A DNA stretch of 14,625 bases from contig JANMQV010000024.1 of NCBI GenBank assembly GCA_031370645.1, positions 1 through 14,625 of the forward strand, read 5' to 3'. The stretch comes from Candidatus Eiseniibacteriota bacterium. Its GTDB lineage: Bacteria; Eisenbacteria; RBG-16-71-46; SZUA-252. Both the position numbers and the translations under genes were made by a program. Positions 13,214 to 14,625 of the stretch are shown here, piece after piece. Position 1 is the stretch's first letter. Each line of letters starts with the position of its first letter. A model generated the notes under the pieces. It had not been told where the DNA came from. It did not search any database and was given only the letters and a program-made list of their open reading frames with translations.

Positions 13214-14625
13214 ATGAGCATGGAACCCGGCACTCGCCTCGGCGCCTACGAGATCACCGGCCAGATCGGGGCCGGCGGCATGGGCGAGGTCTTCAAGGCG
13301 CGCGACACCCGCCTCGACCGAACCGTCGCCATCAAAGTCCTGCAGGGACACCTCACCGTCAGCCCCGAGACGCGCCAGCGCTTCGAGCGCGAGGCCCGCG
13401 TCATCTCGAGCCTCAACCATCCCAACATCTGCACCCTTTATGACGTCGGCCACCAGGACGGGATGGACTATCTCGTCATGGAATTCATCGAGGGGGAGTC
13501 GCTCGCCGATCGCCTGACGCACGGCTCGATCCCTCTCGCCGAACTCCTAAAGGTCGGCACGGAGATCTCGGACGCCCTCGATCGCGCGCACCGCCAGGGA
13601 CTCGTCCATCGAGACCTGAAGCCCGGGAACATCATGCTCACGAAGTCGGGCGCCAAGTTGCTCGACTTCGGCCTCGCGCGTGCCACGGGCCTCGCCCCGA
13701 CGGCTGGCGACATGTCTTCACCCACGATGAGCCGCCCGCTGACGGCCGAAGGGACGATCGTCGGCACGTTCCAGTACATGGCGCCCGAGCAGCTCGAGGG
13801 AAAAGAGGCCGATCCACGGAGCGACCTTTTCTCCCTCGGTGCCGTGCTCTACGAGATGGCGACGGGGAAGCGGGCGTTTGAAGGGAAGAGCCAGGCGAGC
13901 CTCATCGCGTCGATCCTGAAGGAGACGCCGCAGCCGATTTCCTCCATCTCCAATGTGTCACCGCCCGCGCTCGACAAGATCGTCATGCGCTGCCTCGAGA
14001 AAGACCCCGAGGATCGCTACCAGACGGCGCGCGACGTGCTGCTCGAACTCAAGTGGGTTTCGGAAGCCGGCTCCCGCGCCGGCATTCCGGCGCCGGTGGC
14101 GGCGAAGCGGAAGTCGCGCGAACTCCTGGCGTGGCGCTTGGTCGCCCTCGCTGCCGCTGCCGCGTTGATCTTCGGCGTGAAGGGGATCCTCACTCGCACG
14201 GAGCCGCCGCGTCCGATCGAGTTCATCACCGACGTGCCCGGCGGGATCAATTTCATCGACACACCGAAGATTTCCCCGGATGGACGGACGATCGCGTTCA
14301 GCGCCTCCGACACGACGGGTATCCAAAAGGTTTGGGTGCGCTCGCTCGGCTCCATCGAATCGAAGGCCATCGCGAACACGGAAAACGCCGGCCGCCCCTT
14401 CTGGTCTCCCGATAGCCGCTTCGTCGCCTTCATGTCGGACGGGAAATTGAAGAAGATCGCGCTCGACGGGGGGCCGCCTCAGACCATTTGCGAATCGAAG
14501 AGCAGAGGGGACGGTTCCTGGAGCAAACGCGGAGTCATCGTGTACGACGGCTCGCCGAGCGACTCGATCCGATGGGTGAGCGCCGGCGGAGGTACGGAAG
14601 CGGCGCCCGCCACCAAGATCGATCG
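13214..14625 (+). CDS. Hanks-type Ser/Thr protein kinase with a TM helix and PD40/TolB-like beta-propeller repeats (3' truncated by window)
   Basis: Translated by hand because it is absent from the ORF track (no stop in the window). It reads MSMEPGTRLGAYEITGQIGAGGMGEVFKARDTRLDRTVAIKVL, then HRDLKPGN, LLDFGLA, GTFQYMAPEQ and RSDLFSLG. The TM is LLAWRLVALAAAAALIFGV, followed by ISPDGRTIAF and PFWSPDSRFVAF. Confidence 0.95.
   Translation, partial: MSMEPGTRLGAYEITGQIGAGGMGEVFKARDTRLDRTVAIKVLQGHLTVSPETRQRFEREARVISSLNHPNICTLYDVGHQDGMDYLVMEFIEGESLADRLTHGSIPLAELLKVGTEISDALDRAHRQGLVHRDLKPGNIMLTKSGAKLLDFGLARATGLAPTAGDMSSPTMSRPLTAEGTIVGTFQYMAPEQLEGKEADPRSDLFSLGAVLYEMATGKRAFEGKSQASLIASILKETPQPISSISNVSPPALDKIVMRCLEKDPEDRYQTARDVLLELKWVSEAGSRAGIPAPVAAKRKSRELLAWRLVALAAAAALIFGVKGILTRTEPPRPIEFITDVPGGINFIDTPKISPDGRTIAFSASDTTGIQKVWVRSLGSIESKAIANTENAGRPFWSPDSRFVAFMSDGKLKKIALDGGPPQTICESKSRGDGSWSKRGVIVYDGSPSDSIRWVSAGGGTEAAPATKID

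Noticed and set aside
10488-13217. Long ORFs 10488..12179 (-), 11875..13101 (-) and 12312..13217 (+)
   Set aside because: They are alternative-frame or antisense shadows of DUF4331 and the cytochrome, with no family motifs.
1-14625. CRISPR array, transposase, integrase or anti-phage defence genes
   Set aside because: I saw no regularly spaced repeats and no recombinase or nuclease motifs. Nearly all the sequence is explained by the listed genes.

Overview
This is a GC-rich bacterial window. The C-terminal FlgD/T9SS-like domain and the TolB-repeat kinase suggest an Eisenbacteria/Acidobacteria-like host (inference only). In order it contains: the 3' end of a CusA/CzcA-type RND permease; tRNA-Ser(UGA); a secreted M48 peptidase lying between the tRNA and a 13-bp copy of the tRNA 3' end (possible integrase-less islet); a translationally coupled three-gene operon encoding chorismate mutase/DAHP synthase, CmoA-like carboxy-SAM synthase and an ICMT/LmtA-like membrane methyltransferase; an alpha/beta hydrolase; a SigK/RskA-type ECF module with DUF4198, HupE/UreJ and a divergent DUF4331 gene, all three units preceded by the motif KCATCC-N10-CGGCT-YCGTA; a di-haem c-type cytochrome with a TPR tail; and the 5' part of a Ser/Thr kinase with PD40/TolB repeats. 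The most interesting hypothesis is a prephenate -> carboxy-SAM -> membrane transferase pathway that would carboxymethylate a lipid or membrane substrate rather than tRNA. No cmoB is present in the window. All family calls come from motif recognition, not database searches.
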